From: a virus
Lineage: Duplodnaviria > Caudoviricetes
Reading direction: 5' to 3' (one strand)
Virus record (IMG/VR): IMGVR_UViG_3300043218_000107
Span: 1-27,746 of that record
DNA: 27,746 nt
The position numbers were made by a program, and so were the translations under genes. This document shows positions 8,613 through 17,742 of this stretch, in pieces; the stretch's first letter is position 1; the number at the start of each line of letters is the position of its first letter. The notes below the pieces were generated by a model. That model ran no database searches and was not told the DNA's origin. It saw only the letters and a program-made list of their open reading frames with translations.

Positions 8613-9132
8613 TATTACTGGTATCAAAGCAGCTATCGGTAAATTCAATAAGACTCAACATAAGCAAATGATCTTGCTTATGAAGGGAGCAGTTCGCGTC
8701 TTTGTCAAGACTACTGTTCAATACATCGGTGTTGATACCGGTATGACTGGCGGAACACTACAGCCAGTTGCCCAACAAGTTGGCACTGGTGTATTGGCGG
8801 AAGTTAGAGCCAGAGTAAAGCGTAGTTCAAGAACTGGTTTTACTACTATGACGGGGCGTTATTATCGTTCTCGTAAAAGATCAATAGATGAAGGTATTAA
8901 AGCAGGACAAAATGCTTATGTGCTTAAATTTGGAACAGTTCAAAGACCAAGGATGATCTTTACTTTTAATACTAAAGTCTACCAGTTTGCATTGTGGGAA
9001 CCTTCATGGCAGAGTTTAAATTTTGGTTTTGAAGCTATGATTGCTTATATTAATCAAGAATTTGATAATCGATTTCCTTATGCTGAAATGGTGGATGCCC
9101 TCAATCTTAAACAGAAGGCGGGACAGAGATAA
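8575..9132 (+). CDS. Basic virion morphogenesis protein, possibly HK97 gp10-like
   Basis: 185 aa, K/R-rich. VDTG motif resembles the PVDTG motif of gp10-like neck proteins. Confidence 0.4.
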   Translation: MAQKAVIQYGNVDITGIKAAIGKFNKTQHKQMILLMKGAVRVFVKTTVQYIGVDTGMTGGTLQPVAQQVGTGVLAEVRARVKRSSRTGFTTMTGRYYRSRKRSIDEGIKAGQNAYVLKFGTVQRPRMIFTFNTKVYQFALWEPSWQSLNFGFEAMIAYINQEFDNRFPYAEMVDALNLKQKAGQR

Positions 9133-12100
9133 TGCCAACTGAAAAAAACATCAAAGCAACTGCTGATTTTACTTCAATCCTTAAAGAAATGAGTAAGATC
9201 ATTAAGGGTTGGAACCAAGTAGCCACAGCTCAGATTCAAGCAAATAAAGGAGCTGATGCTCTCACAAAGAAGATTGATGCCCAAACGAAGGCTCTTACTC
9301 GTCTTGCTACTGAAAATAAGAAACTCAATACTTCATATCGTGATTTGGTAAATCAGCAAAAAGCTGTAGCCAGACAGACCGCTCGAACAACTGCAGAAAT
9401 GAAGAAGCAGGCTGCACAGCAGTCTAAGCAAGTTAAGTTGTCTTCTGACTTTATTCAGAAGGGTCTTACTAAAAGAGAATTTCAGCGACGTGGCGCAACT
9501 TTTGGAGAGGTCTTTGATTATAAGACTTCTATCTCTCGTCTTAAAGAACTTCAAAAACAACACAGAGTATCTCATGCTCAAATTAAAAAGATGTGGGGTG
9601 AGTTGGCGCGCGGAGAGATTGTTGCATATACGGGCGCGCAACGTCGTGTTCGTGATCAATTAATAAAAATTCAAAAAGCACAGGTTGCACTCGGAACTCA
9701 AGCCAAAAAGACAGCAGCAGCTTTTAGAAAGCAAGCGGATGCAGAAGCCGCTGCTTTTGTTAAAGCTAATAAAAGAATAAGTGTTACCAGACGTGATCTG
9801 GGTCACATGAAAAGGGGTGTAGATGAATTAACGATCTCCTGGAAAAGTTTTATTCGTTTGCTTGCTGTTCAATTATTTCATCAAGCTGTTTCACTTTTTG
9901 TTAGGCAAGTTCGTGATGGTATTATGGCAACCATTGAACTTGAAAAACGAATTGCGGAAGTTCAAACAATTTCGCAGAATCAGCCTTTGATCTTTGAAGA
10001 ATGGCGCAAAGGATTGATTGCTGTTTCGGATGCTTGGGGATTACCTATACTCGATACTGTTGAAGGTGCTTATCAAGCACTTTCGAATCAAATAGCAGAA
10101 GGCACTGAAGCCTTGCAGTTTATGACAGAAGCAAGCCAGTTTGCTGTTACAACTGTTGCAAGTACTGCTGATTCTGTAAATCTACTTACTGCTACTTTGA
10201 ATGCTTTCAATCTTACTGTTGATGATACCGAAGCAGTTGCAGCATCATTCTTTAAGACAATTGAACTTGGTCGCGTTCGTGCAGCGGAAATGGCTAATAC
10301 CTTTGGCCGTATTGCTGTTCCTGCTGAAAAGCTTGGAATTGAACTTAATGAACTTCAAGCTGCAATTTCCTCTGCAACTATTCAAGGTTTGAAATACAAC
10401 GAAGCAGCTACCCTTATTAGAAATGTTCTTTTAAAACTTATTAGACCAACTGACGCCATGAAGCGGTTGTTTGCTGAATGGGGTGTGGTATCCGGTGAAG
10501 CAGCTATTCAAACTTTTACCTTTGCCGGTGTACTTGCTAAGATTGAAGAAGCATCACAGGGATCATCCACGGAACTTGGTGAATTGTTTGGACGTATTCG
10601 AGCAATCACTGGTGCTATGTTATTCGCAGGCCGAGGTCTTGTGCGTTATCAAGAAAATCTTGAAGAAATTATTAAGTCAACTGAAACTTATAATGAGAGA
10701 ACTGCTATTGTCACAGAGAATACTGGTAAACGACTTGAAATTGAACTTAATAAAATTAGTAATTTCTTTCTTGAACTTGGTGATCGTTTTCTTAGAAATA
10801 TCGATGTAATTAGTGGTGGATTTGCTGGATTAACTTCTGCTGTTAGAATTTTTACAAGGACTATGGGATCGTTGCTTATTCCTACAATTCTTCTTGCAAC
10901 TAAAGCTTTTATCACATTTATTGCAACATCTCAAAGAGCATGGTTAATCCTTTCTCGTTTTGGTGGTGTTCTTGGATTTGCTGTTGGTCTTCAAATATTT
11001 TTTGAGCTATGGCAAAAACGTATTGATCAGATAAATACAGCTACATTAGAAAATCAAGAAAATTGGCATAGAGAACGAATTAAACAAATTAATAAAGAAC
11101 GTGATGTCCAAATTAAAGCAATAAAAGATGCTAACAGAGCTGTTTTTCAACAACTTGCATCAAGAATCTCTGTTACTGAATTATCTCTTAAAGCAGAAGA
11201 AAAAGCTTATAAAAGATATACAGATTTCGTCAAATCAGTTGGTTCTGCAACAGCAAAGGCTATTGGCAAACGAATTCGTGAGATTAGAAATGAAATTAAA
11301 AGATTAGATACTCTTATAAATACAGCAGATTTTGCCAGAGGTCTTCGTAGTACGATTGATCAAGCTGTTATCGAACGTCGTATATCTGGAGCCGATACAG
11401 GAATAGAGCCAACAAAAGCTGCTAAATTTGCTTTTGTTCAAGCTGCTTTGATTACTGCTCAAGAAAAAGCAAGAATCTCAGCTATCCGAGGTCAGGAAAA
11501 AGAATTTGAATATTGGTCACAGTTTATTCAGTCTTTAACAATGCAAGCTGTTGCTATTAGTGATACAATGGAGCAAGGCCAAAAGCGTATTGCTGATGGT
11601 GGTCGTTTTATTGAAAATCAATTAAAAAAACAATTTGCATCACGTGAAGCCCTTTCAAGATTTGCTGATGAAGAAAAGAAACAAGAAGAACAAAAATTAA
11701 AAAGATTAGAGCTTCTTCGGAAAAAGGCTATTGACTTAACAACTTCTCTTGCGGAACAACAATTAGAACTTTTGGATATTGAAGATGCATCTGTTCTTGA
11801 AGCTGCATTAAGAGGACAAAAGCATGGATTAAGAGAATTACTTAAAATTGCTTCTGCTTTGGGAGCCGAAGGATTTACTGCTGAATCCTTGCAACTTGCT
11901 CAAGCAAATTTAAGATTAGCAACTGAACAAAAAATCTTACGACTTAAATCCACAGAAGAATTTAATATCCTTAAACGGAATGAAAAATTTCAGATTCGGA
12001 AAATCGAACTTGAGCAGGAATATATTAATTTGATTAGAGAGGCCATTGCATTGCAAAAAGAACTTGGGATTCAAACTGGAAGGCTTGCAAATTTATTACC

Positions 12101-12404
12101 GGCTATTGTAGGAGGCTTAGCACCGCCACCATCGAGACAAGCCGGTGGCCATGGGATAGATACACAAATTGCTCGTCTGGCTCCAAATGAAACAGTAATG
12201 AATCCAGGAGCATCAAGACGTTTTTATAGTACATTAACGGCAATGAATGCAGGGATTCAGAGATTTGCTAATGGTGGCGCGCCTGTTCAATATAGTGTCG
12301 GAGATATTCATTTACACCCACAGGATGCGAGTAAAGTTGATGTAATTTCAATCGGAAAAGGTCTGCGTCGAGAAATTCGCAGAGGAAGGTTACGGCTAAA
12401 TTGA
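9132..12404 (+). CDS. Tail tape measure protein
   Basis: 1090 aa, helical and Ala/Lys-rich. TP901-type core (FFKTIELGR...MA...GRIA...A..LGI...EL.AAI...T.QG), central hydrophobic segment and C-terminal G.DT..A.L.P.E.VMN motif. Confidence 0.92.
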   Translation: MPTEKNIKATADFTSILKEMSKIIKGWNQVATAQIQANKGADALTKKIDAQTKALTRLATENKKLNTSYRDLVNQQKAVARQTARTTAEMKKQAAQQSKQVKLSSDFIQKGLTKREFQRRGATFGEVFDYKTSISRLKELQKQHRVSHAQIKKMWGELARGEIVAYTGAQRRVRDQLIKIQKAQVALGTQAKKTAAAFRKQADAEAAAFVKANKRISVTRRDLGHMKRGVDELTISWKSFIRLLAVQLFHQAVSLFVRQVRDGIMATIELEKRIAEVQTISQNQPLIFEEWRKGLIAVSDAWGLPILDTVEGAYQALSNQIAEGTEALQFMTEASQFAVTTVASTADSVNLLTATLNAFNLTVDDTEAVAASFFKTIELGRVRAAEMANTFGRIAVPAEKLGIELNELQAAISSATIQGLKYNEAATLIRNVLLKLIRPTDAMKRLFAEWGVVSGEAAIQTFTFAGVLAKIEEASQGSSTELGELFGRIRAITGAMLFAGRGLVRYQENLEEIIKSTETYNERTAIVTENTGKRLEIELNKISNFFLELGDRFLRNIDVISGGFAGLTSAVRIFTRTMGSLLIPTILLATKAFITFIATSQRAWLILSRFGGVLGFAVGLQIFFELWQKRIDQINTATLENQENWHRERIKQINKERDVQIKAIKDANRAVFQQLASRISVTELSLKAEEKAYKRYTDFVKSVGSATAKAIGKRIREIRNEIKRLDTLINTADFARGLRSTIDQAVIERRISGADTGIEPTKAAKFAFVQAALITAQEKARISAIRGQEKEFEYWSQFIQSLTMQAVAISDTMEQGQKRIADGGRFIENQLKKQFASREALSRFADEEKKQEEQKLKRLELLRKKAIDLTTSLAEQQLELLDIEDASVLEAALRGQKHGLRELLKIASALGAEGFTAESLQLAQANLRLATEQKILRLKSTEEFNILKRNEKFQIRKIELEQEYINLIREAIALQKELGIQTGRLANLLPAIVGGLAPPPSRQAGGHGIDTQIARLAPNETVMNPGASRRFYSTLTAMNAGIQRFANGGAPVQYSVGDIHLHPQDASKVDVISIGKGLRREIRRGRLRLN

Positions 12405-12934
12405 GCTTCAATATTTCATACAGTCCTTATAGTGTTGATTTGCCAAATCCGAATCTTGAGGATACACGAAGGTTTTCTTCCCAAGGACTCAAAAGGCGAA
12501 CTCCAGGTGGCGTGGTCAAGTATTTTAAAGATTCTGATTGGCCTGTTGTTGAAACGTTCATATATGACTTTGTTCGTTTAACTCAAACAGAACGTAATGA
12601 TCTTCTTGAGCTTCTTGAAGCAGGAGCCGGTCTTGAGATATCGACGACAGATCATCATGGTGCAGCCAGGACAGGCTATATTGTTACTCCAGTTGCTGAG
12701 ATTGTAACTGTTCGTGATGATTGCTTCTATGATGCTCATTTTGAATACATGGCGAATATAATTGTAAATGTCACTGGAGATTGTCCAGAAGATGCTACAC
12801 CAGATACACCTGTTCCTGGAGATGCTGATTATCACCAGACACTCGATAACGACGACTTTTATAGGATTTATGCTGAGGATAATGATCCTATGGAAGCAGA
12901 AGATGATAGTCCAATTTATATTGAGGCTTTTTGA
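12401..12934 (+). CDS. Minor tail protein (distal-tail/gpM-like), paralog 1
   Basis: Follows the tape measure with a TTGA overlap. Similar to the next ORF (LPNPNLED vs VPNPNLGD; EISTTDHHG vs EIGYLDHES). Acidic C-terminal tail. Confidence 0.55.
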   Translation: MSFNISYSPYSVDLPNPNLEDTRRFSSQGLKRRTPGGVVKYFKDSDWPVVETFIYDFVRLTQTERNDLLELLEAGAGLEISTTDHHGAARTGYIVTPVAEIVTVRDDCFYDAHFEYMANIIVNVTGDCPEDATPDTPVPGDADYHQTLDNDDFYRIYAEDNDPMEAEDDSPIYIEAF

Positions 12935-13296
12935 TGGTAACTTTCACATATCCATATGTCACTCCGACAATCACAGTGCAAGTTCCAAATCCTAATCTTG
13001 GGGATGCACAACAAGATGAACACGATGCAAACTTTGGAATTGCTATGAGTGCGCGGGTCTACAGTTATATCAGCACCCCCACACGACGCCGGTTATTGTT
13101 AACTTTCTCAAAGCTGAATTTGACAAAAATGACTGATTTAAAAAATCTAATCTATCATTCTGCAAGTGGGGAGATTGGGTATCTTGATCATGAAAGTCGA
13201 CAATGGCGCGGGCATGTAATGAATGACCCCTTTGAGGATCAGGCTGGCAAAAACTTTCAAGTTATAACCCTCGAATTCGAAGGATCAATAGTATGA
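12934..13296 (+). CDS. Minor tail protein (distal-tail/gpM-like), paralog 2
   Basis: TGATG overlap with GAGG upstream. About 120 aa, ends in ITLEFEG. Paralog of the preceding gene. Confidence 0.55.
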   Translation: MVTFTYPYVTPTITVQVPNPNLGDAQQDEHDANFGIAMSARVYSYISTPTRRRLLLTFSKLNLTKMTDLKNLIYHSASGEIGYLDHESRQWRGHVMNDPFEDQAGKNFQVITLEFEGSIV

Positions 13297-13940
13297 AACA
13301 TTCAAATTTTACAATCGTTACACCAATACTCGGGACTGATTATGTCATTATGTTGAGAACGTCACTTGGGACTGGTGGCAATGTTCGGGCACTTGTATCG
13401 GATTTTTTGGATGATTTGGTTGCTTTAATTGGAACTGATGATGTAGCATGGACAGCTGTTGATAAGACAGGTTCTGATCTTGCTGATTTAGCAACCAGAC
13501 TCCATGATGATCTAACAGACAAAGGAACAAATAATCATGCAGCTATTGATGCTTTTATAACTGCACATGATCCGGCCAAATTTATTACAATCACCCCATT
13601 TGGTTCTGATATTGATGTGAGGATTCTTGCCGGAACTGTTGCTTTTACTGTTCCAGATAAAATGGCAGGGTTAAATCTTACCGATGCTCTTATAACGGTG
13701 CATACTCCTGGGACAGGATCAGGTACAACAAGTGTTCAAGTTCGTCGTAGGAGAGCAGGTGTTGATGAATTTATGTTATCAACGCCAATTACCCTTGCTG
13801 TTGATGATTATTTTGAAGATGATGGTGTCGTTGATACATCTTATGATGATTTGGCAAAAGGCGATCAAGTATATATTGATGTTTTAGCCTTGCCAACCAA
13901 TGTTCCAAAAGGGCTTTCGGCAGCATTAACTTTTGAATAA
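13293..13940 (+). CDS. Putative tail-associated/fibre protein
   Basis: 215 aa. HDDLTDKGTNNHAAID motif and a beta-rich C-terminal domain ending GD.V.IDV...KGL...LTF, reminiscent of phage fibre/decoration proteins. Confidence 0.45.
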   Translation: MKHSNFTIVTPILGTDYVIMLRTSLGTGGNVRALVSDFLDDLVALIGTDDVAWTAVDKTGSDLADLATRLHDDLTDKGTNNHAAIDAFITAHDPAKFITITPFGSDIDVRILAGTVAFTVPDKMAGLNLTDALITVHTPGTGSGTTSVQVRRRRAGVDEFMLSTPITLAVDDYFEDDGVVDTSYDDLAKGDQVYIDVLALPTNVPKGLSAALTFE

Positions 13941-13949
13941 GGTGCAATC

Positions 13950-14258
13950 ATGTGGATAAAAGTTGTTACAGTACTTCTTGGTATTGGTGCTATTATCAGT
14001 GGATATATTTATATTGATGGTCGGTATGCTCTTTCTATTGAATTAGCTCAAACGAATATCAGGGTAGAGCAACATACATTACAAGATCGAGCTTGGTATA
14101 TCCAGAAACAGATGCAGGAAATTGAGAAGGAATGTGGAACGAATGAAGCTTATCGTATGCCACAACACGCCAGAGATAGATACAATGATTTTAAAATCGA
14201 GTTAAAACAATTAGAACAAAAAATGAAATCACTGTCCGAAAAGGAGATTAAAAAATGA
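13950..14258 (+). CDS. Small membrane-anchored coiled-coil protein
   Basis: N-terminal hydrophobic helix (VVTVLLGIGAIISGYIYI) followed by a Q/E/K-rich coiled coil. AAGGT RBS. Confidence 0.6.
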   Translation: MWIKVVTVLLGIGAIISGYIYIDGRYALSIELAQTNIRVEQHTLQDRAWYIQKQMQEIEKECGTNEAYRMPQHARDRYNDFKIELKQLEQKMKSLSEKEIKK

Positions 14259-14992
14259 CATTAAGACTAAGTACCGGTTTACGTGATCAGTTACTTGAAG
14301 ATGCAGCAAAAGTTCATGCTGTGTTTGTTGGAACTGATATAACTTTTGTTGATGGCGGTGGGAGTAATGACTCCATGACAAGAACTGGAGGTTCATTTAT
14401 TACTGATGGTTTTGAAATTGGCGATTGGGTTTGTGTTTTCAATGCAACAACTCCGGCCAATGATATTCAAGCCAAGATTCTGTCTGTGGTGGCTTTAACC
14501 ATTGAGATTGGCACCGGTTTGATAGATACAGGTGAAGCCGGTGAAGCAGATACTGTTATTGCTGTTGCCAAAGGTGGATCAATTCAAGATTTAATGAAGC
14601 ATGGCATCATTGATATTTTTAGTGGTGTTCAACCTGGAAATGCTGATTTGACGGAATCAGGCTTTTCGAAACTTGTTAGTATTACGCTTGATGGTAATAC
14701 TCATGACACTGATACGGGTGACAATGGTCTTGAATTTCAAGATGCAGCTGTGGATGGTGTTCTTAGTAAAGTTGACGCTGACGTGTGGAAAGGTGATCCT
14801 GACTTAGCAGGAACAGCAGCATGGTTTCGATTTTATGGTCAATCAAAAACTGTAGGTGGATCGACAACTGGAATTCGTTTTGATGGTGCAATTAATACCT
14901 CAGGTGCAGAGCTTAATGTAGCTTCTGTTGATATTGCTCTTGGAACGGATTTTATTATTAATCAATTTGATATTATTATGCCGACAGCATAA
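14255..14992 (+). CDS. Putative virion structural protein
   Basis: AAGGAG RBS. Acidic and G/T/D-rich, with MTLRLSTGLR, IFSGVQP..AD and GTAAWFRF motifs. Located in the tail module. Confidence 0.55.
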   Translation: MTLRLSTGLRDQLLEDAAKVHAVFVGTDITFVDGGGSNDSMTRTGGSFITDGFEIGDWVCVFNATTPANDIQAKILSVVALTIEIGTGLIDTGEAGEADTVIAVAKGGSIQDLMKHGIIDIFSGVQPGNADLTESGFSKLVSITLDGNTHDTDTGDNGLEFQDAAVDGVLSKVDADVWKGDPDLAGTAAWFRFYGQSKTVGGSTTGIRFDGAINTSGAELNVASVDIALGTDFIINQFDIIMPTA

Positions 14993-14995
14993 ATT

Positions 14996-15877
14996 ATGAA
15001 ATCTCCATATCCAGCATCACTAAATATGTGGTTAAAGAATTTTCCTAAGTCTTTTCAATTAGTCTGTGGGAAAAAATTCAATGATCTTCCTGGGCCTTGG
15101 CAATATGGTTCTCGTATAAATTTTGCTGCGACACCTCTATCTAAGCAGGATCAAGGTGACTATGCCAGTGGGGAACAATTACCCATTAAACGAGCAATTT
15201 ATACAAACACAGGCGATGAAGATACTTGGGATATTCGTGTAAATATGTATGGGCATGGTACCTTTTACGCTTTAATAGGTGAGCCATATTATTTTATGCA
15301 AGCTGAAAAATACTTTTTAATAGAGTCTGTTTATTTTGATCCTATTCAATTTTTTCATAGTGAGGTACATACTACCGAAATATCAACAGATATTCCAATT
15401 CCAGACGTCTATGTTCCTGTAGTAGTACCACCGGTAGAGCCACCGGAAAAAGATCCTGATAAGCCACCGGCCGATCCGCCGGATGATCCTGGTGATCCTC
15501 CAGTAAGTGATCCTACACAATTAAATAATCATGGAACCTTTTTATGGTGGACAATTATGAATAATTTAACTGAATTGGATGTTGATGTTTGGTGGCTTGG
15601 AATATCAACACTTAGTGTTCCACCACTAAGAGTTGGAGTAACTGGACTTACTTTTGAGGATTTAGTTCAAGCTTTTGGTAGCCATGGATTACAGATTTGT
15701 CAATGGCAAGGTCTTCAATATGTTTTAATGAAGAATTGGCTTGGTGGTGGACTTCTTAATTGGTTTTTTAGAGAAAATCCTCCTGGTAGCGGTGCGTGGT
15801 GGGCTGAATGGCTTTTTCTTTATGGTTCTGTCATTTATAATGGTGAAGAAATTATACACAAAATTAGAAGACTCTGA
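14996..15877 (+). CDS. Hypothetical two-domain protein with Pro/Asp-rich linker
   Basis: 293 aa. Linker PPVEPPEKDPDKPPADPPDDPGDPP and a Trp-rich C-terminal domain. Confidence 0.6.
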   Translation: MKSPYPASLNMWLKNFPKSFQLVCGKKFNDLPGPWQYGSRINFAATPLSKQDQGDYASGEQLPIKRAIYTNTGDEDTWDIRVNMYGHGTFYALIGEPYYFMQAEKYFLIESVYFDPIQFFHSEVHTTEISTDIPIPDVYVPVVVPPVEPPEKDPDKPPADPPDDPGDPPVSDPTQLNNHGTFLWWTIMNNLTELDVDVWWLGISTLSVPPLRVGVTGLTFEDLVQAFGSHGLQICQWQGLQYVLMKNWLGGGLLNWFFRENPPGSGAWWAEWLFLYGSVIYNGEEIIHKIRRL

Positions 15878-16015
15878 TTTGAGGAATCAAGAATGGCCGT
15901 AATTATTATTAATGAAGATGGACAGGCTTTTTATAGTCCACCAGAACTCGATGCTTTCACATATTATCGGGACTATATACTCAAACGAACTTTTAAGGAA
16001 TTCTTTGCATTGAAT
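15873..16015 (+). repeat. Direct repeat, copy 1 (upstream region plus 5' end of adhesin A)
   Basis: TCTGATTTGAGGAATCAA...ATGGCCGTAATTATTATT...GAAGATGGACAGGCTTTTTATAGTCC...GATGCTTTCACATATTA is near-identical to 17600-17742. Confidence 0.9.
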
Positions 16016-17581
16016 CCACAAGCTAATCTTGAAGGATGGCTTGATATTTCTGGACCGGCATATTGGCATTTTCTTGAACATTTCGACGCTCATTGGGAAG
16101 GTAATACCATTGTTATGGATGATGATGAAGATAGTTTATGGCTGACGCCAAGAAGATATGATGGACTTGAATGGAACGATTTTCCTCGAAATCAGCCAAA
16201 TACACTTCAAAATATGTTACCTACTTCTATTAGAGTGGTAATTGTAGATAAAAATAATAATGAAAAAATATTAACTAATTGTACAATAGCTGTTGGTGAT
16301 AAGTTGCCTTTTATGAGGGTGGATTTCGGAGAATCAGAAAATGGTGTTGAAGTAGTTTATGATCCATATAATGTCAGAGTTAGAGAGCCTAATCTTGCTC
16401 AAATTGTAACTCTACTACTTGATCATCTTTTAGAAGGAGACCGAGTTAAAAAAATTGAATTTAATTTTAGTATTTTTCCAAGAGCTAATTTTACAGTTCT
16501 TAAACAGTTAACATCAAAAGGTTTTTGGGGTTGGTACACTGAAAGTGCTGTTAATTCAAATGGAACTCCAGTTTTAATGCTTTCAAGTGGCTCTGATAAA
16601 CTTTATCATGCTATTTGGAATGGCGTATCTTGGGATGTTTATTACTTACCTGTTGATTATCTTTGGCAAGTAACTTATGCAGGTATTTCTATTGACAATT
16701 TTAATGAAGTTCATTATTTTGATCTTGGACTTATTCAAAATGAGCATACAAGAACATCATGGAATGTAAATGATGGTTGGTATGATCAATTTGTTGTTTA
16801 TGCAGCTGAAACTTGGGCGTATAGTAAAGCTATTGCTCTTGATAATAATGGATATACCCATCTTTTTACTATTTTCAGAAGATTGTCTGACAATAGTTAT
16901 TATATAAATGATTATTATCAAGATGCTTCCGGTTGGCATAATGAAGTACTCGTTGAGTTTGGAGTGAGTCCAGCTTATGGTACTTTTCAGCAGTATTCTC
17001 GTCTTGTTTTTGATAATTATAATCGATTTCATTTTATGATTTCAACGGAAGAAATTTCATCAGGTTTAAGTGGAATTTTATATATAACGAATGCCAATGT
17101 CCCTTTGACTACAGAATTTTTATGGGGCGTGGAGGCCGGCACGTTTACGATGCCCAGGTTAGTAAATTTTTGGATTGACAAAGATAATAATAATCATATG
17201 TATTATTTGGTAGCTATTCCAAGTCAAGACACTTTGAAACTTTTCGACAAAGCTTGGAGTAGTTCCAGTTGGACAGAAACTGAAATCGGGTCGGAGTATA
17301 CAGAAGTTCAATTTGCTGAGAAGCATAATAATCTATTACATATGTTAGAAGCTCTAAGTCTTGATGGCCCTGGTATGGGATATCATCAATATGATCTTGG
17401 CACAAAAACATTCTTAAAAACAGGATTAAGAGTATATGGTGATGTCATAATTAGGGATGATTGGCCAGGAGTACGTTGCCAAAGATTTAGTTCTACTTTT
17501 TTTATGAAAGATGGAAAACCTACTTTTGCGCAGATGGATTCTGATCAAATTGGTTTTCAAACTGTGGAGATTAATGAATAA
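15893..17581 (+). CDS. Putative receptor-binding/adhesin protein, copy A (beta-propeller-like C-terminus)
   Basis: 562 aa, aromatic and beta-rich, with recurring [IL]D.....H and W-ending blades. Paralog of 17619-19385. Confidence 0.55.
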   Translation: MAVIIINEDGQAFYSPPELDAFTYYRDYILKRTFKEFFALNPQANLEGWLDISGPAYWHFLEHFDAHWEGNTIVMDDDEDSLWLTPRRYDGLEWNDFPRNQPNTLQNMLPTSIRVVIVDKNNNEKILTNCTIAVGDKLPFMRVDFGESENGVEVVYDPYNVRVREPNLAQIVTLLLDHLLEGDRVKKIEFNFSIFPRANFTVLKQLTSKGFWGWYTESAVNSNGTPVLMLSSGSDKLYHAIWNGVSWDVYYLPVDYLWQVTYAGISIDNFNEVHYFDLGLIQNEHTRTSWNVNDGWYDQFVVYAAETWAYSKAIALDNNGYTHLFTIFRRLSDNSYYINDYYQDASGWHNEVLVEFGVSPAYGTFQQYSRLVFDNYNRFHFMISTEEISSGLSGILYITNANVPLTTEFLWGVEAGTFTMPRLVNFWIDKDNNNHMYYLVAIPSQDTLKLFDKAWSSSSWTETEIGSEYTEVQFAEKHNNLLHMLEALSLDGPGMGYHQYDLGTKTFLKTGLRVYGDVIIRDDWPGVRCQRFSSTFFMKDGKPTFAQMDSDQIGFQTVEINE

Positions 17582-17599
17582 TGGCTTTTCTTATATTAT

Positions 17600-17742
17600 T
17601 CTGATTTGAGGAATCAAAATGGCCGTAATTATTATTGGCGAAGATGGACAGGCTTTTTATAGTCCGCCAGAACTTGATGCTTTCACATATTACCGGGATT
17701 ATATACTCAAGCGAACTTTTGCAGAATTCTTGCAATTAAATC
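17600..17742 (+). repeat. Direct repeat, copy 2 (upstream region plus 5' end of adhesin B)
   Basis: Near-identical to 15873-16015, with mostly synonymous differences. Confidence 0.9.

Noticed and set aside
15414-15515. Pro/Asp-rich GATCC-type short repeats
   Set aside because: They are explained by a low-complexity protein linker, not an independent DNA repeat element.
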